Origin: Eledone cirrhosa
Taxonomy: Eukaryota
Assembly: GCA_964016885.1 (NCBI GenBank)
Contig: OZ024743.1
Coordinates: 112,530,001-112,594,000 of the forward strand
Length of the DNA stretch: 64,000 nt
Direction of reading: 5' to 3'
A program made the translations under genes and the position numbers. The notes below the pieces were generated by a model that worked only from the letters and a program-made list of their open reading frames with translations, was not told where the DNA came from and searched no databases. The stretch's first letter is position 1. Every line of letters begins with the position of its first letter. This document shows positions 29,752 through 40,790 of this stretch, piece after piece.

Positions 29752-30806
29752 TCTGTGGTGTGTGGTGTGTGTGGGTGTGTGGGTGTGCTTTGTATATTTT
29801 CTCTCTTTCTTTCTTACTTACTTTCATTCATTCATTCATTCATTATTTATTTATTTATTTGTATATTTTTCTCTCTTTCTTTCTTACTTACTTTCATTCT
29901 TTCATTCATTCTTTCTTTCTTTCTATCTTACCTTCTTTCTTTCTTTCTATATTTTTCCTTCTTCACTTCATTTTTGATGAAAAATAGGTGTAAGCAGAAG
30001 AAAGCTCTCTACATTCGTAGTGTGTAGTAACGATGGAGATTCAGTATAAGAATAGCATAAAGAATGCATTTTTTTCTTGCCTGCAGCATAAACGGGTATT
30101 TCATCTGAAGATATCGTTACCATACCAACAACAAATGGATGTATTACATCTGTGATTGCATAAGGGAACCATTGAAATAATTATAATGAATAAACGATTT
30201 ATGTAATATCATCATCTTTTTTATGTTATTCTTATATATGTGTGTGTGTGTTTATGCGTGTGTGTATGTGCGTGTGTGTATGTGCGTGTACTTGAAATTA
30301 CGGTTGTGCTTTTTTTTAATATATCCTACACAGGTAAAATTATAAGAAAGAGTTAATGTAATTGGAGTCTTTAGGAAGGTTTATTTAGAATAATTTACAA
30401 CTTTCCCGGTTTCACAAGTTTCATGATTTTTCAAAAGTAAATAGAGATGGAGAAATATCTGGCTATGCTCATTTGTAATTCGTCGACATAGCCACACATT
30501 AATCATCTCTCTTAACCTTTCAAAATCATGCAATTTGTGAAAACAGTAAAGGTCTAAATTATTGTAAATAAAAATTCTTAAAAACTCCAATTACATTTTC
30601 AGCTTCTTTTTCCTATATAAATAAATATATAAATATATATATTTATATGTGTGTGTGTGTATGTGTATGGGGGGGGGGGGGGGGGGGGTGCGCGCGCGCG
30701 TGCGTGTGTGTGTATGTGTGCGAATCTGTGGTATATAGTTTCCATTGTGATAAACATAATTACGTAACTACACAAATCGGTCTTAAAGTTTATTCGTGTG
30801 TGTGTG

Positions 30807-30948
<142 letters not shown>

Positions 30949-30955
30949 AAGTTCG

Positions 30956-31070
30956 GATCTAGCTGTCGAAACGGCCGGAGTTCAGCCGTCGGGGTCCTGA
31001 CTTTTTTCCGATTACCCACTCTACTACCCTAAGTATCGAGTTCTCTGAGACGTTATGGTCCACCTGGTTT
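30956..31070 (+). repeat. Dispersed repeat, copy of 20681-20795
   Basis: ATCTAGCTGTCGAAACGGCCGGAGTTCAG..GGGGTCCTGACTT..TACCCACTCTACTACCCTAAGTATCGAG; directly follows a microsatellite. Confidence 0.8.
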
Positions 31071-31084
31071 TCTTTGCTATATAT

Positions 31085-31123
<39 letters not shown>

Positions 31124-31236
31124 TTGAAAAAAAAATGAAAACGAAATTTCATTTCTCACTCTTAGTATGGCACTTACTTAAATGTAAGTATGTATGTATA
31201 CGTACATACATATATGTATACAGACGTACAGTAGCA

Positions 31237-31336
<100 letters not shown>

Positions 31337-31553
31337 TACATACAGGTACACATACATATATGCACGCATCATTTAAGTAAGTGCCATACTAAGAGTGAGA
31401 AATGAAATTTCGTTTTCATTTTTTTTTCAACTTATCGTTTTCGGTATGCCTGACCGATTTAACTCACTCAATATGCAAATTAGGCTGCTCAGCCGTTAAT
31501 TTTCATAAGGAAAGTATATACTTTCGAACGTTCAACTATCTGGCAGATGGGTA

Positions 31554-31598
31554 AACGGTGCTGATGATAGCTAACAAGCTTGAAACTAGTACATCGTT
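31554..31598 (+). ncRNA. Minimal type I hammerhead ribozyme motif (Penelope type)
   Basis: Stem I AACGGTG/CATCGTT (7 bp, one G-U); core CTGATGA; stem II T-AGC-TAACAA-GCT-T; GAAA; palindromic stem III ACTAGT; predicted cleavage after GUA at 31591. Confidence 0.8.
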
Positions 31599-31753
31599 CC
31601 TGTGTCAGTGTTGAACAAAAAGGTGACGTGGTTGCCTTAACACCGTATGGCATAAATTCAGGCTGTTCAGTTTGTTGACAAACGAACAAAGCGGCGTTAT
31701 AATAAGCGTCCGCTAAACTGATGCGTGCATATATGTATGTGTACCTGTATGTA

Positions 31754-31816
<63 letters not shown>

Positions 31817-31868
31817 GCTACTGTACGTCTGTATACATATATGTATGTACGTATACATACATACTTAC

Positions 31869-31974
<106 letters not shown>

Positions 31975-32859
31975 GTGAGTCTCCTGCAGCTTTCGACTAA
32001 CAAATTTCATTCATATGACATTGGTCAACCGTTCCTCAGAACCACGTAGTTGCAGATCAAATATTTCGCTAAGCATGTGACCGACTCTCTATCAACTCTG
32101 CCAGTCCACCGAGAAATAATAAACGAAAGAATGAAAGAAAGGCGAAAAGAATAAAATACTCATGCAGAGGGTTTATAACTGTGTGATAAGAATGGGGCTA
32201 TCGACATTAGATTATTAACAGAAAGGAATAGTTAGAAAGAAGAAAAAATCAGAAATACTGGGAGAATAATTGGGAAAAGGAGCGTGGCTAAGGATTGACA
32301 GGACAGTGATAGAAAAGACATATTAGGAATGATGATAAATAAAGCGTACGATGTAAAGGAGTGTAGATTGGTAGGGTTTTGACGTCATAATAAGAGGAGA
32401 GAGGGAAAGAAAAAATGGTGTAAAGAAGAAGCGTTGATCTGATAGATGGAGCTGGGATAGTGGTAAAATAGAAGATATGGATGGGGATCTGCCTATTAAT
32501 ATACAGAAAAAATTGACGTTATGAATGAATGAAAATATAGAAAAATATAAAGCGAGGTAATCCCTTTAGACGTTTTGGGACAGTGGAGAATGGAGAAAAG
32601 AAACAGGGAAGATGTGTTGAGGTGAAACGAAAACGAGGCTTGGATGAAGGACATGGAACAGGGTAAGAGAGTAAGAGGGTGGAAAGAATATGAATGACAG
32701 GGAAGAGGGAGAGAGAGAAATTGAAGGGATGATAAAGAAATAAATAGAATTAGGTGGAAACAGATTGAATATTTAAAATAGTCATATTTTATTGACTACA
32801 GAAGAATAAAGATGTCGAATTTTACTTTTAGTTTTTGTTTTTTTTGTTGTTGGTTTTTG

Positions 32860-33560
32860 TGGGTCGATATTCCTGTTGCTGTTTTTGTCGTCTTCGTTGT
32901 TGTTGGTGTTGTTGTTGGTGTTGTTGTGATCATCGTCGTCGTCACTATCGTTCTTGTGGTGGCAGTTACTGTTGCTGTGGCTATGGTGGTGGCGGCTGTG
33001 GTGGTGGTGGCCGTGGTGGTGGTGGTGCTAGTGGTAGTGGTAGTGGTGGTGGTAGTGGTGGTGGTGGTGGTCAAGGTGCTAGTGGTGTGGCTAGTAGTGG
33101 TGGTGGCGATGTGGTGGTAGTGCTAGTGGTGGTGCTAGTGGTGGTGGTGGTGGTCAAGGTGCTAGTGGTGTGGCTAGTGGTGGTGGTGGTAATACGTTGG
33201 TGGTGGTGGTGGTGGTGGTGGTGGTGGTGGTGCTAGTGGTGGTGTTAGTGGTGGTGCTAGTGGTGGTGGTAGTGGTGTGGCTAATGGTGGTGGTGTTGGT
33301 GGAGGTGCTAGTGGTGGTGGTGGTGGTGGTGTTGGTGGTAGTGGTGGTGGTCATGGTGCTTGTGGTGTGGCTAGTGGTGGTGATGTGGTGGTGGTGATGG
33401 TGCTAGTGGTGGTGTTGGCGGTGTGGTGCTGTTGTTTCTGTGGTCGTGATGGTTTTTGTTATAGTTTATGTGGTTGTTGTTGCTGCTATTATTCAGATCG
33501 TTGTTGCTTTTGTTGTTGTTCTTGTTGACGTAGTTGCAATTGCTGTTGTTGCTGTTGTTG
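32860..33560. repeat. (GGT/GTT)n low-complexity tract
   Basis: Read directly; source of the poly-V, poly-T and poly-G ORFs. Confidence 0.9.
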
Positions 33561-33641
33561 TACGATATTGTTAATGGTGACGAGAGCAGTGACAGAAGCG
33601 GGTGATGTACAAAGAGGTGAAAATAGTGTCAAGGAGAGGGG

Positions 33642-33642
<1 letters not shown>

Positions 33643-33698
<56 letters not shown>
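33643..33698. repeat. (GATA)14 at the 3' junction of Tx1-like element 1
   Basis: Read directly. Confidence 0.95.
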
Positions 33699-33699
<1 letters not shown>

Positions 33700-33962
33700 G
33701 TTTCTTTTATTTGCCACTAGGGCATCAAAAGTGGGACAAGTACAAAGGGGGGAGTTTACACAAAAAGGCGTCCTCAATAAGGAGGAGGCAATAACAAAAT
33801 ATAAAAATAAAATAAGATATAACAAAAAATAAAATTTTTAACAAAATCCTCAATAGAGAGGAGGCGCCTTGGGGGGTCGCACACACCCCCGAAAAAAGTG
33901 TGCAACCCTTTTCCTCAGGAGCACAGAGAGGGGGTGCTCCCTCGTTCCTTCCTCTTTTCCAC

Positions 33963-36900
33963 CTACAGGCTTATGTAAAGAGAAGGCCCATTCACACGGG
34001 CCATTCTCGCCACTTTCACCCACCTTTCATAAAAACGACTGGGGTGCAGCACCTCTCTCTCCATCCTGATCCTTCTTCCGAAATGATATCGGAAGAAACG
34101 GACCAGTTGTTGGCCAGAGAGAAAGGCGCCCGACCTCAGTCCTTTCAGACGCGTCCACCATACAACCTCTTTCGCCATGGCTATTACGCACAGAAACACC
34201 GCCTCTGCTTCATCTTTGAAGGGGGGAGGCGGCTTGATCATTACAATAGACTCGGTGGTCAACCGGATCGGTCCCACCCTTGACAGCAGTTGTTCGACAT
34301 AGCCCCACAGATCGGCTACGCCCGAGTAGTGTACCAATGCGTGTGCAACGGTTTCCTCGTCGCACACGCATCTGGGACAGATCTTTTTGGCGGGGTCCCT
34401 ACCCGGGCGCCCGTGTCTGTAGAGCCTTTCTCGAACGGGTAAAGCCCCTCGGTAGCACTGCCAGGCCAGGGACTTCTGGAAGTTGTCCATAGGTCCCGGG
34501 CTGAATGTCCTACCGAACAGGCTGGCCAGTTCGTCCTCCTCCATGTCTAGGGCTTCTCCGAGGGCGTCGTCGCACCTGCTGCGTACCAGCCCTCTATAGA
34601 ATGTTGCGGTGGAGTCTCCACTGATAACTGGATCCGCCTGCCAGAGGGCGGTGAGCGCCTGGGCACACTCAGTGTGCCAGGCGCCCAGTTTTCTCGGTCT
34701 CTGCTTGACCCAGGATTGCAGTTCGGTGAGTGAGACGAGTCTGGGAAAGGTTCGTCTCACAAACGGGGCCCACACCGGTTGTCCGGTGAGGAATACGTAG
34801 AGGTGCCGTAGCCTTAATGCGTGTTTACGCATCATTAGCCACGGCATCCCCAGCCCTCCTTTCGAAGGGTGTTGACAGCAGATGGATCTCCTCACCATAG
34901 GAGCCCGCCCCTTCCAAAGGAATTGGAAGAGCGCGCGCTCCATCTTGGTGAGGGTTTCCCTTGGGCAGGGCACTACGGTCAGGCGGTAGTAGATGACGGA
35001 CGCTATATAAGTGTTCGCCACCTCCGCCCGACCTTTCAGGGATAGTTTGCAACTGGCCCACTTCTGGGTCAGTGCAAACACCCTGTTCGTAACCTCCGCC
35101 CAGTTTTTCTCCACCTGGAGGTCCGGTCCGAACCAGACCCCGAGCAACTTCACCGGGCCCTCCGTCCAGCGTCCGACGACGCCATCGGAAGGCATCGGTC
35201 TGCCCCTCCACGTGCCGAGTTGCAAACCGATCGACTTGACCCGGTTCAGCTTAGCCCCTGTGAACTTTTCGTACTCCTCCAGTAAGGTGCCGACCGCCTC
35301 GATTTCGGAGGCCGTCGACACCATTACTGTCACATCATCGGCGTAGGCTGACACCGCTTTCCGCAATCCCGGTTCCAAAGGGATGCCCTGCAACAACTCC
35401 AACTTCCGCAGTAGTGGCTCGAGAGTCAACACATACAGAAGGGAGGAGAGAGGGCACCCTTGTCGGATGGACCGCGCGATTTTGAACGGCTCCGAGAGGT
35501 AGCCGTTCACCTTGACCCTAGAGCAGATGCGGCTGCTGTGCATAGCAGTGATCCAGCCCCTGAAAACGGGTCCGAAGCCTGCCGCCGCTAGCACCGCATC
35601 CAGGTAACCATGGTCGACCCTATCGAACGCCTTAGATTGATCCAAGTTGATCAGAGCCCCACCAAAGCCGGGTTCGTTCCCAACCCTCTCTATGATGTAT
35701 CGCATGAGGTGGAGGTTGTCATGGATGGACCTGGACGGGATAGCGCATGTCTGCGCATCTCCCACCAGGTTGCCCACGACAAGCGCCAACCTCTTTGCTA
35801 GCACCTTGGCCAAAATCTGTAACTCTGTATTTAGCAGAGTTATGGGCCTGAAGTTACTTATTTCGTCCCCCTTGTTCTCGTCCTTCCTCACTAGCGTGAC
35901 TACGCCCTTGGTCACAGTACAGGGAATTCTCCCGTTCTGTTGCCAGTTGCAGTAGACCGCCTCGAGGAGATCGGGGAACAAGTCCGGCATAGCTAGATAT
36001 AATTCGTAAGGAAGACCATCGAGACCCGGGGATTTGCGTTTGCCGCATTGGCCCAGCACGTCCTCTATCTCAGCGGCCGAAATCGGCTCCTCGCAAGACT
36101 TCGCCTCCCTGTCCGAGAGGCGCGGCAGGCCGTCGAGGTATGGACCGAAGTCCACGTTTCCAACCGGCTCCCCGCCCCTCCCGAACAGTCGGGCAAAGTG
36201 CCTTTGAAAGGCCTCACACATCTGCTTAGGCTCAAGAATCACCCGTCCATCCAGGTCTCGCAAAGACCGGATGGTGGATTTAGTTCCACTGTTGGCCTCT
36301 GTCACGCGGGCCCAGCTAACAGCTTTGGCCCCCTCGTTCCCTAGAGCACGTATTTTACTTCGGACAACGCAGCCTTCGTGCTTCGCGTCGAAAAACTGGC
36401 TCAAAGCCGTTCTCGACGCTAGCACTCTGGCCACGTCGCCGCTTCTAATTGCCTCTTCTACTCTATCTATTAGCTCCCTTTCCTTCCTATTCCTATCCGC
36501 AGCTAGAACCTTACTAAATTCAATCGAGACTACTCTAATCTCTCTCTTTAGAGATACCCACCACCTGCTGTTGACGATCGCTCCAGTCAACCGTTCCTTA
36601 ACTAACGTACTAATCCGATTCCTGTAGGCTCTACTTGCCGGCAAGGACAAGTTGAGCTTCCAGTAACCGGGGCCCTGTCTATGCGTTCTATCAAGGTTGA
36701 CCATGCAGGTCACCAACTTGTGGTCTGAATAGCCAACCATGAGCATTTCTGGACAACTTAAAAAGTCCCTGTCCTTATTTCTAACTAAAAATCTATCTAG
36801 GTACGATCTAGATGATCCGCTGCGATTTGACCAAGACCAGGTTGGCACCGTCGGAAAATCTAGTCGAAATCTATCGGCCAGGTCAAATCGGCCGAGTAAC

Positions 36901-37400
36901 CCCTTGAGGCTGTTGCACCCCTCTCTATCGGGACATGCCCCTGCATAGTCCCAACGTGCATCCAGGATACCATTCCAATCCCCCACTAAAAGCAGGGAAC
37001 GGGACGTCCCTAGAAAAGACTCCAGACGCTGGAAAAAGTCGGGCCGCTCTGTCCCAAAAGGGGCATATGCGGCTATCAGCCTAAAGGCTCTACCTTCACC
37101 ACTGCCAAGGTCCAGCACCACCAGTCGACCCCCTGGGTCCAAGTGAACTATCTGTGTTGCAAGGCCCATATGTTTTTGCAGCAGAACGACAACCCCACCC
37201 CCACCTCCGGGCTGACAGAGAGATGCGTGCATCTCAAAGTCGTCAAAGGTGGGGGCTAGCTGTCGCATGCTGCTGATCCGGGCCTCGCAGATAACCATCA
37301 CATTTATAGATTGTGACCTGAGGTCATTTAGAAGCATTGCTTGCTTCCAAGACGAGCCCAGGCCACGCGCATTTAGACACCCTACTCTTAGCACAGCCAT
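33963..37400 (-). CDS. ORF2: APE endonuclease, reverse transcriptase and C-terminal zinc finger (1145 aa from the ATG at 37400)
   Basis: APE motifs CLNARGL, YAP, GDWN, SYLDRFL, SDH; RT motifs KSPGLDG, FRPITLLN, LDQSKAFDRV, RQGCPLS, YADD, LLGVWFG; CPRC..ETVAHALVHY (last Cys replaced by Tyr). Confidence 0.97.
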   Translation of the reverse strand: MAVLRVGCLNARGLGSSWKQAMLLNDLRSQSINVMVICEARISSMRQLAPTFDDFEMHASLCQPGGGGGVVVLLQKHMGLATQIVHLDPGGRLVVLDLGSGEGRAFRLIAAYAPFGTERPDFFQRLESFLGTSRSLLLVGDWNGILDARWDYAGACPDREGCNSLKGLLGRFDLADRFRLDFPTVPTWSWSNRSGSSRSYLDRFLVRNKDRDFLSCPEMLMVGYSDHKLVTCMVNLDRTHRQGPGYWKLNLSLPASRAYRNRISTLVKERLTGAIVNSRWWVSLKREIRVVSIEFSKVLAADRNRKERELIDRVEEAIRSGDVARVLASRTALSQFFDAKHEGCVVRSKIRALGNEGAKAVSWARVTEANSGTKSTIRSLRDLDGRVILEPKQMCEAFQRHFARLFGRGGEPVGNVDFGPYLDGLPRLSDREAKSCEEPISAAEIEDVLGQCGKRKSPGLDGLPYELYLAMPDLFPDLLEAVYCNWQQNGRIPCTVTKGVVTLVRKDENKGDEISNFRPITLLNTELQILAKVLAKRLALVVGNLVGDAQTCAIPSRSIHDNLHLMRYIIERVGNEPGFGGALINLDQSKAFDRVDHGYLDAVLAAAGFGPVFRGWITAMHSSRICSRVKVNGYLSEPFKIARSIRQGCPLSSLLYVLTLEPLLRKLELLQGIPLEPGLRKAVSAYADDVTVMVSTASEIEAVGTLLEEYEKFTGAKLNRVKSIGLQLGTWRGRPMPSDGVVGRWTEGPVKLLGVWFGPDLQVEKNWAEVTNRVFALTQKWASCKLSLKGRAEVANTYIASVIYYRLTVVPCPRETLTKMERALFQFLWKGRAPMVRRSICCQHPSKGGLGMPWLMMRKHALRLRHLYVFLTGQPVWAPFVRRTFPRLVSLTELQSWVKQRPRKLGAWHTECAQALTALWQADPVISGDSTATFYRGLVRSRCDDALGEALDMEEDELASLFGRTFSPGPMDNFQKSLAWQCYRGALPVRERLYRHGRPGRDPAKKICPRCVCDEETVAHALVHYSGVADLWGYVEQLLSRVGPIRLTTESIVMIKPPPPFKDEAEAVFLCVIAMAKEVVWWTRLKGLRSGAFLSGQQLVRFFRYHFGRRIRMEREVLHPSRFYERWVKVARMARVNGPSLYISL

Positions 37401-37424
37401 GTTGGTGGTAAAGAGAAAAGGCAC

Positions 37425-39070
37425 TTACCTCTCTGCGTCCCGGGAAACGGGCCGCTCAATTTCCATGCTGGTTGGGGATGGGTTGTTGGGTGGGGTTGTG
37501 GTTTGTGGAAGTGAAGGGGCATCGGTGTGTTGTGGGGTTGGGGTGTTTGTCGTTGAGTGGGTGTCTGGGTGAGGTGGGGGGGTGAAATTTTTTAGGAGGA
37601 CGCGGTTGATTGGTTTGGCGCAGGGGGGGCCCACGTCCTCCGTGAAATTTATTTTCAGTGTTTTGTACAAGTGCATTGGGACTTTTATCATTTTCAAATG
37701 AGGTAGTCCCACAGCAGTTATAAAGTTTGGCCCTTCGGTTTGGACCGAAGGGTTTGCTGAAATTGTTTTCCGTAATTCTTTGTTGTCTGTGTTCATGTAT
37801 GTGTATTGTAATGTCTTTTTTTGTGTAGCAGTTAGTGTTGTGTGACAGGGAGGGGTGGTTTGTGTGTAGTTTGTGTTCTCTTGGGGGGGATTAAAGTTAA
37901 CATGTGTGTCTGTGGTGCGTCTCCTCTTCTTTCTTTTTACTTGTTGGAAGGGATCTTTTTCGTCTTGCGACGAAAGAGGTTCGTCTTCCTTGTTGGGTGG
38001 GAGGGGTATGTTTTCTGGTAGTGTTTGCGGTGTGCGTGTTTTTGTATTTGTTTTGGGTGGGGAGGGATTGGGTGGGACAGTATTCTGTGTTATTTTTTCA
38101 CGTGTTTGTTGTTGTTGTTGTTGTGGTGGTGGTGGTGGTGGGGTTGTTGGTTTTTGTTGTTGTTGTGGTTGTTTTTGTTGTTGTAGTTGGGGTGGTGTTG
38201 GTGTTGGTAGCAGTGTTTTTTTCTGTGTGAGCTGGGGACAGGCAGCCCTCAGGTGACCTCTATTGCCACAGAGGTAACAGGAGGGACGCCTACCCTCCAC
38301 AATAATGTTGAGGTGGGTACGGTCATCCAGCATGACGCGCTCAGGGATTTGGGCGATGCGTTCTGGCCTTATTTGGGTCAGAACTTCGATGCTCGTTCCA
38401 CTGAACGCGTCGCCGGATGCCTTCCCTATTGAGATGAGGTTGTCCTCGTCTAAATTGAGGAAACCGGTTAGTAACCACCAGTAGTTTATGTTTGGGGTGA
38501 TGGTGGTTATCCATATCCTCTGGGTTTTTTTACCCATGTAGGTAGGGAAGAAGGTGTAGTGTGTGGACCGAATTGGCGACACAGAGTATTTTTTTGCCGC
38601 CAATTCGTCTTTCATCAATATGGATAAACTCCCATAGAGTTTATCCTTTTGTATGAAAGTGATGTCTCTCATCGCGTCTTTCAAGACTAACTGAGTTTCC
38701 GCTTGAGATGGTTGCGCTGGTTTCTTTGTTTTATTTAAAATTGTTCGGAATACGACAGTTCGTAATTCCGTCTGTCTTTTTAGCTCCGGAGGTGAATGTA
38801 TGGAAAACGATCCGTTTTCGCCAAAAGACACATATTTCTTGGCTTTTTCCAGCATTTCTTTTGCTTTTGAAATATCTTCCAGCACATAAGCGACTGATAA
38901 TTTAGCCGTTTGTGCAAAAGATATTTTGTTTTCGTTTTGGATATTAGTATTGTTTTGTTTCTCGTCGTTTGAGTTGTTTTCATCTTTGTTGTTGTTGTTG
39001 TCTTTCTCGTTTCGTGTGTGGATACTTGTGACGTTTGTGTTGTTGTTGTTTTTGTTGTCTTTATTGTTGC

Positions 39071-39101
<31 letters not shown>

Positions 39102-39278
39102 GTTTTCAAATTCTTGTGTAGTTGTGGCTACATCTAGTGGTCGGTCAACAGGTGAAGACAATTCTTCCTCTCTCTGACCTCTGCCTTTGGCATCTGCTGC
39201 TGTGACAGTGGCAGGGGGAAGCTGTGAGTATGACTTCCCCTTTCCTTCTTTGATTGATGGTGAAGATGATTCAGCCAT
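37425..39278 (-). CDS. ORF1: gag-like nucleic-acid-binding protein with one CCHC knuckle
   Basis: IVEGRRPSCYLCGNRGHLRAAC (CX2CX4HX4C); Asn-rich N-terminus, Pro/Gln/Thr-rich linker, KRKKRRR basic patch; homologous to 45696-47573. First ATG (MAES) at 39278. Confidence 0.92.
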
Positions 39279-39504
39279 TTTTCTCAAAATAGGGTTTTTC
39301 GAAGTCTTTCGAAAGATAAAATGTTCACAATACTATTTCGCCCAAAGGCGCAGAATATTTTGAGAGACCGACCAGATCAAAATTTGACCTGGCAGTCTCC
39401 CTACAAAATGATACAAAAATGAAAGTTTACAGTTTACAATTTCCGTATGAATTTAAACAAAAACTTACCGAGCGAGCTCAGCACATGTGTCCATCGTAGA
39501 GAGA

Positions 39505-39583
39505 GATAGATAGATAGATAGATAGATAGAGTGATAGATAGATAGATACATACATATATACCTACATACATGCATACATACAT
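39505..39583. repeat. Compound (GATA)n to (CATA)n microsatellite
   Basis: Read directly; it abuts element 1 on the left and the RLE LINE fragment on the right. Confidence 0.9.
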
Positions 39584-40280
39584 GCAGTTCGTAAAATGGA
39601 TAGCCCCGATAATAAACACCTTAAAAGCTACAGCAATGTGGAAGACATCCGTGTACATAATATGAAAGAGTACTGGTGGAATGTTCCAGTAAAAACCCCA
39701 ATAAAATGCAGATATTATGATATGAGACAGGGAGAAGCAAACATGCACAGTAGTGGAAGTTAGCTGCCCAGCAGATGCCAATATAATATCAAAGATTAGC
39801 GAAAAGGAGAATATTTATGCAGAACTGATGAGAAATCTGTAGATACTCCACCCTGATTACACCTTCAGATTTATGCCTGTGAATATTGGGGCACTGGGGT
39901 ATGTTAGTAACTGCCTCAATACAAATCTTGAGAAGCTAGACTTCACAGGAATAGAAAGAACACAACTAGTTAGGAAATTACAAGTACAATCCATTAATGG
40001 AATAGTAAAATTATGTAAAACATTCCAAAAATGTTGCATCTAATAACTGCATATACACATGTACAAATACAAAGCATATACACATGCACACATACAACTC
40101 AAAACATCCACATCCACACGTACAATAACATCCATATCTACACATGCATGTATGCAGGCATGCATACATGATCTACCTAGTTGATGTTGTGTAAATTCCA
40201 ATGAGAGAGTATTGTGTCTATGTTAGAAACCGATTCTCTCTCTATTGGTAAAAATTTGTGAAATTATAAAAGCAGAAGAA
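39584..40280 (+). pseudogene. 5'-truncated RLE-type LINE (R4/Dong-like) with a (CATA)n tail
   Basis: KEYWWNVPVKTPIKC..DIMI*DREKQTCTVVEVSCPADANIISKISEKENIYAELMRNL..IGALGYVSNCL..KLCKTFQK; the 3'UTR ends AGAAGAA-(CATA)n. Confidence 0.85.
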
Positions 40281-40310
40281 CATACATACATACATACATA
40301 CATACATACA

Positions 40311-40344
<34 letters not shown>

Positions 40345-40359
40345 CATACATACATACTG

Positions 40360-40790
40360 CGGCACTGGGATATGTTAGTAACTGCCTCAATACATATCTT
40401 GAGAATCTGGGCTTCACAGAACCAGAAAGAACACGGCTAGTTAGGAAATTACAAATACAATCGAGTAAAAATATGTAAAACCTGGAACAGTAAAATATGT
40501 AAAATATGGAACAGTAAAAATATGTAAAACATTCCAAAAATTCTGCATCTAACTGCATATACACTTGTACAGATACAAAGCATATGCACATGGACACATC
40601 TAATTCAAAACATACACATCCACACATACAATAACATCCATGCCTGCACACACATGCCTGCATGCAGACATGCATACATATCTACCTAGTTGATGTAGTG
40701 TAAATTCCAATGAGAGAGTCTTGTGTCTCTGTTAGAAACCGACTCTCTCTCTATTGGCAAAAATTTGTGAAAGTATATAACCAGAACGTA
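40360..40790 (+). pseudogene. Second, shorter copy of the (CATA)n-tailed RLE LINE
   Basis: GGCACTGGGATATGTTAGTAACTGCCTCAATAC... through GTTAGAAACCGACTCTCTCTCTATTGGCAAAAATTTGTGAAA repeats 39890-40280; CATA repeats on both sides. Confidence 0.85.

Larger units (their letters stand above)
33699..39500 (-). mobile_element. Full-length Tx1/L1-type non-LTR retrotransposon (element 1) within a (GATA)n array
   Basis: 5'UTR, ORF1, ORF2 and a structured 3'UTR ending AAATAAAAGAAACT-(TATC)n; (GATA)n on both sides. Confidence 0.95.

Noticed and set aside
37401-37424. GTG start for ORF2 given in the ORF track (1153 aa)
   Set aside because: The ATG at 37400 gives 1145 aa, the same length as ORF2 of element 3; the upstream codons are the inter-ORF spacer.
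37249-37572. Antisense ORFs conserved between elements (MGASCRM..., MFATSARPFRDSL..., also 47339-47758 and 49661-49996)
   Set aside because: They are shadows of the conserved sense ORF2 codons; nothing supports independent coding.
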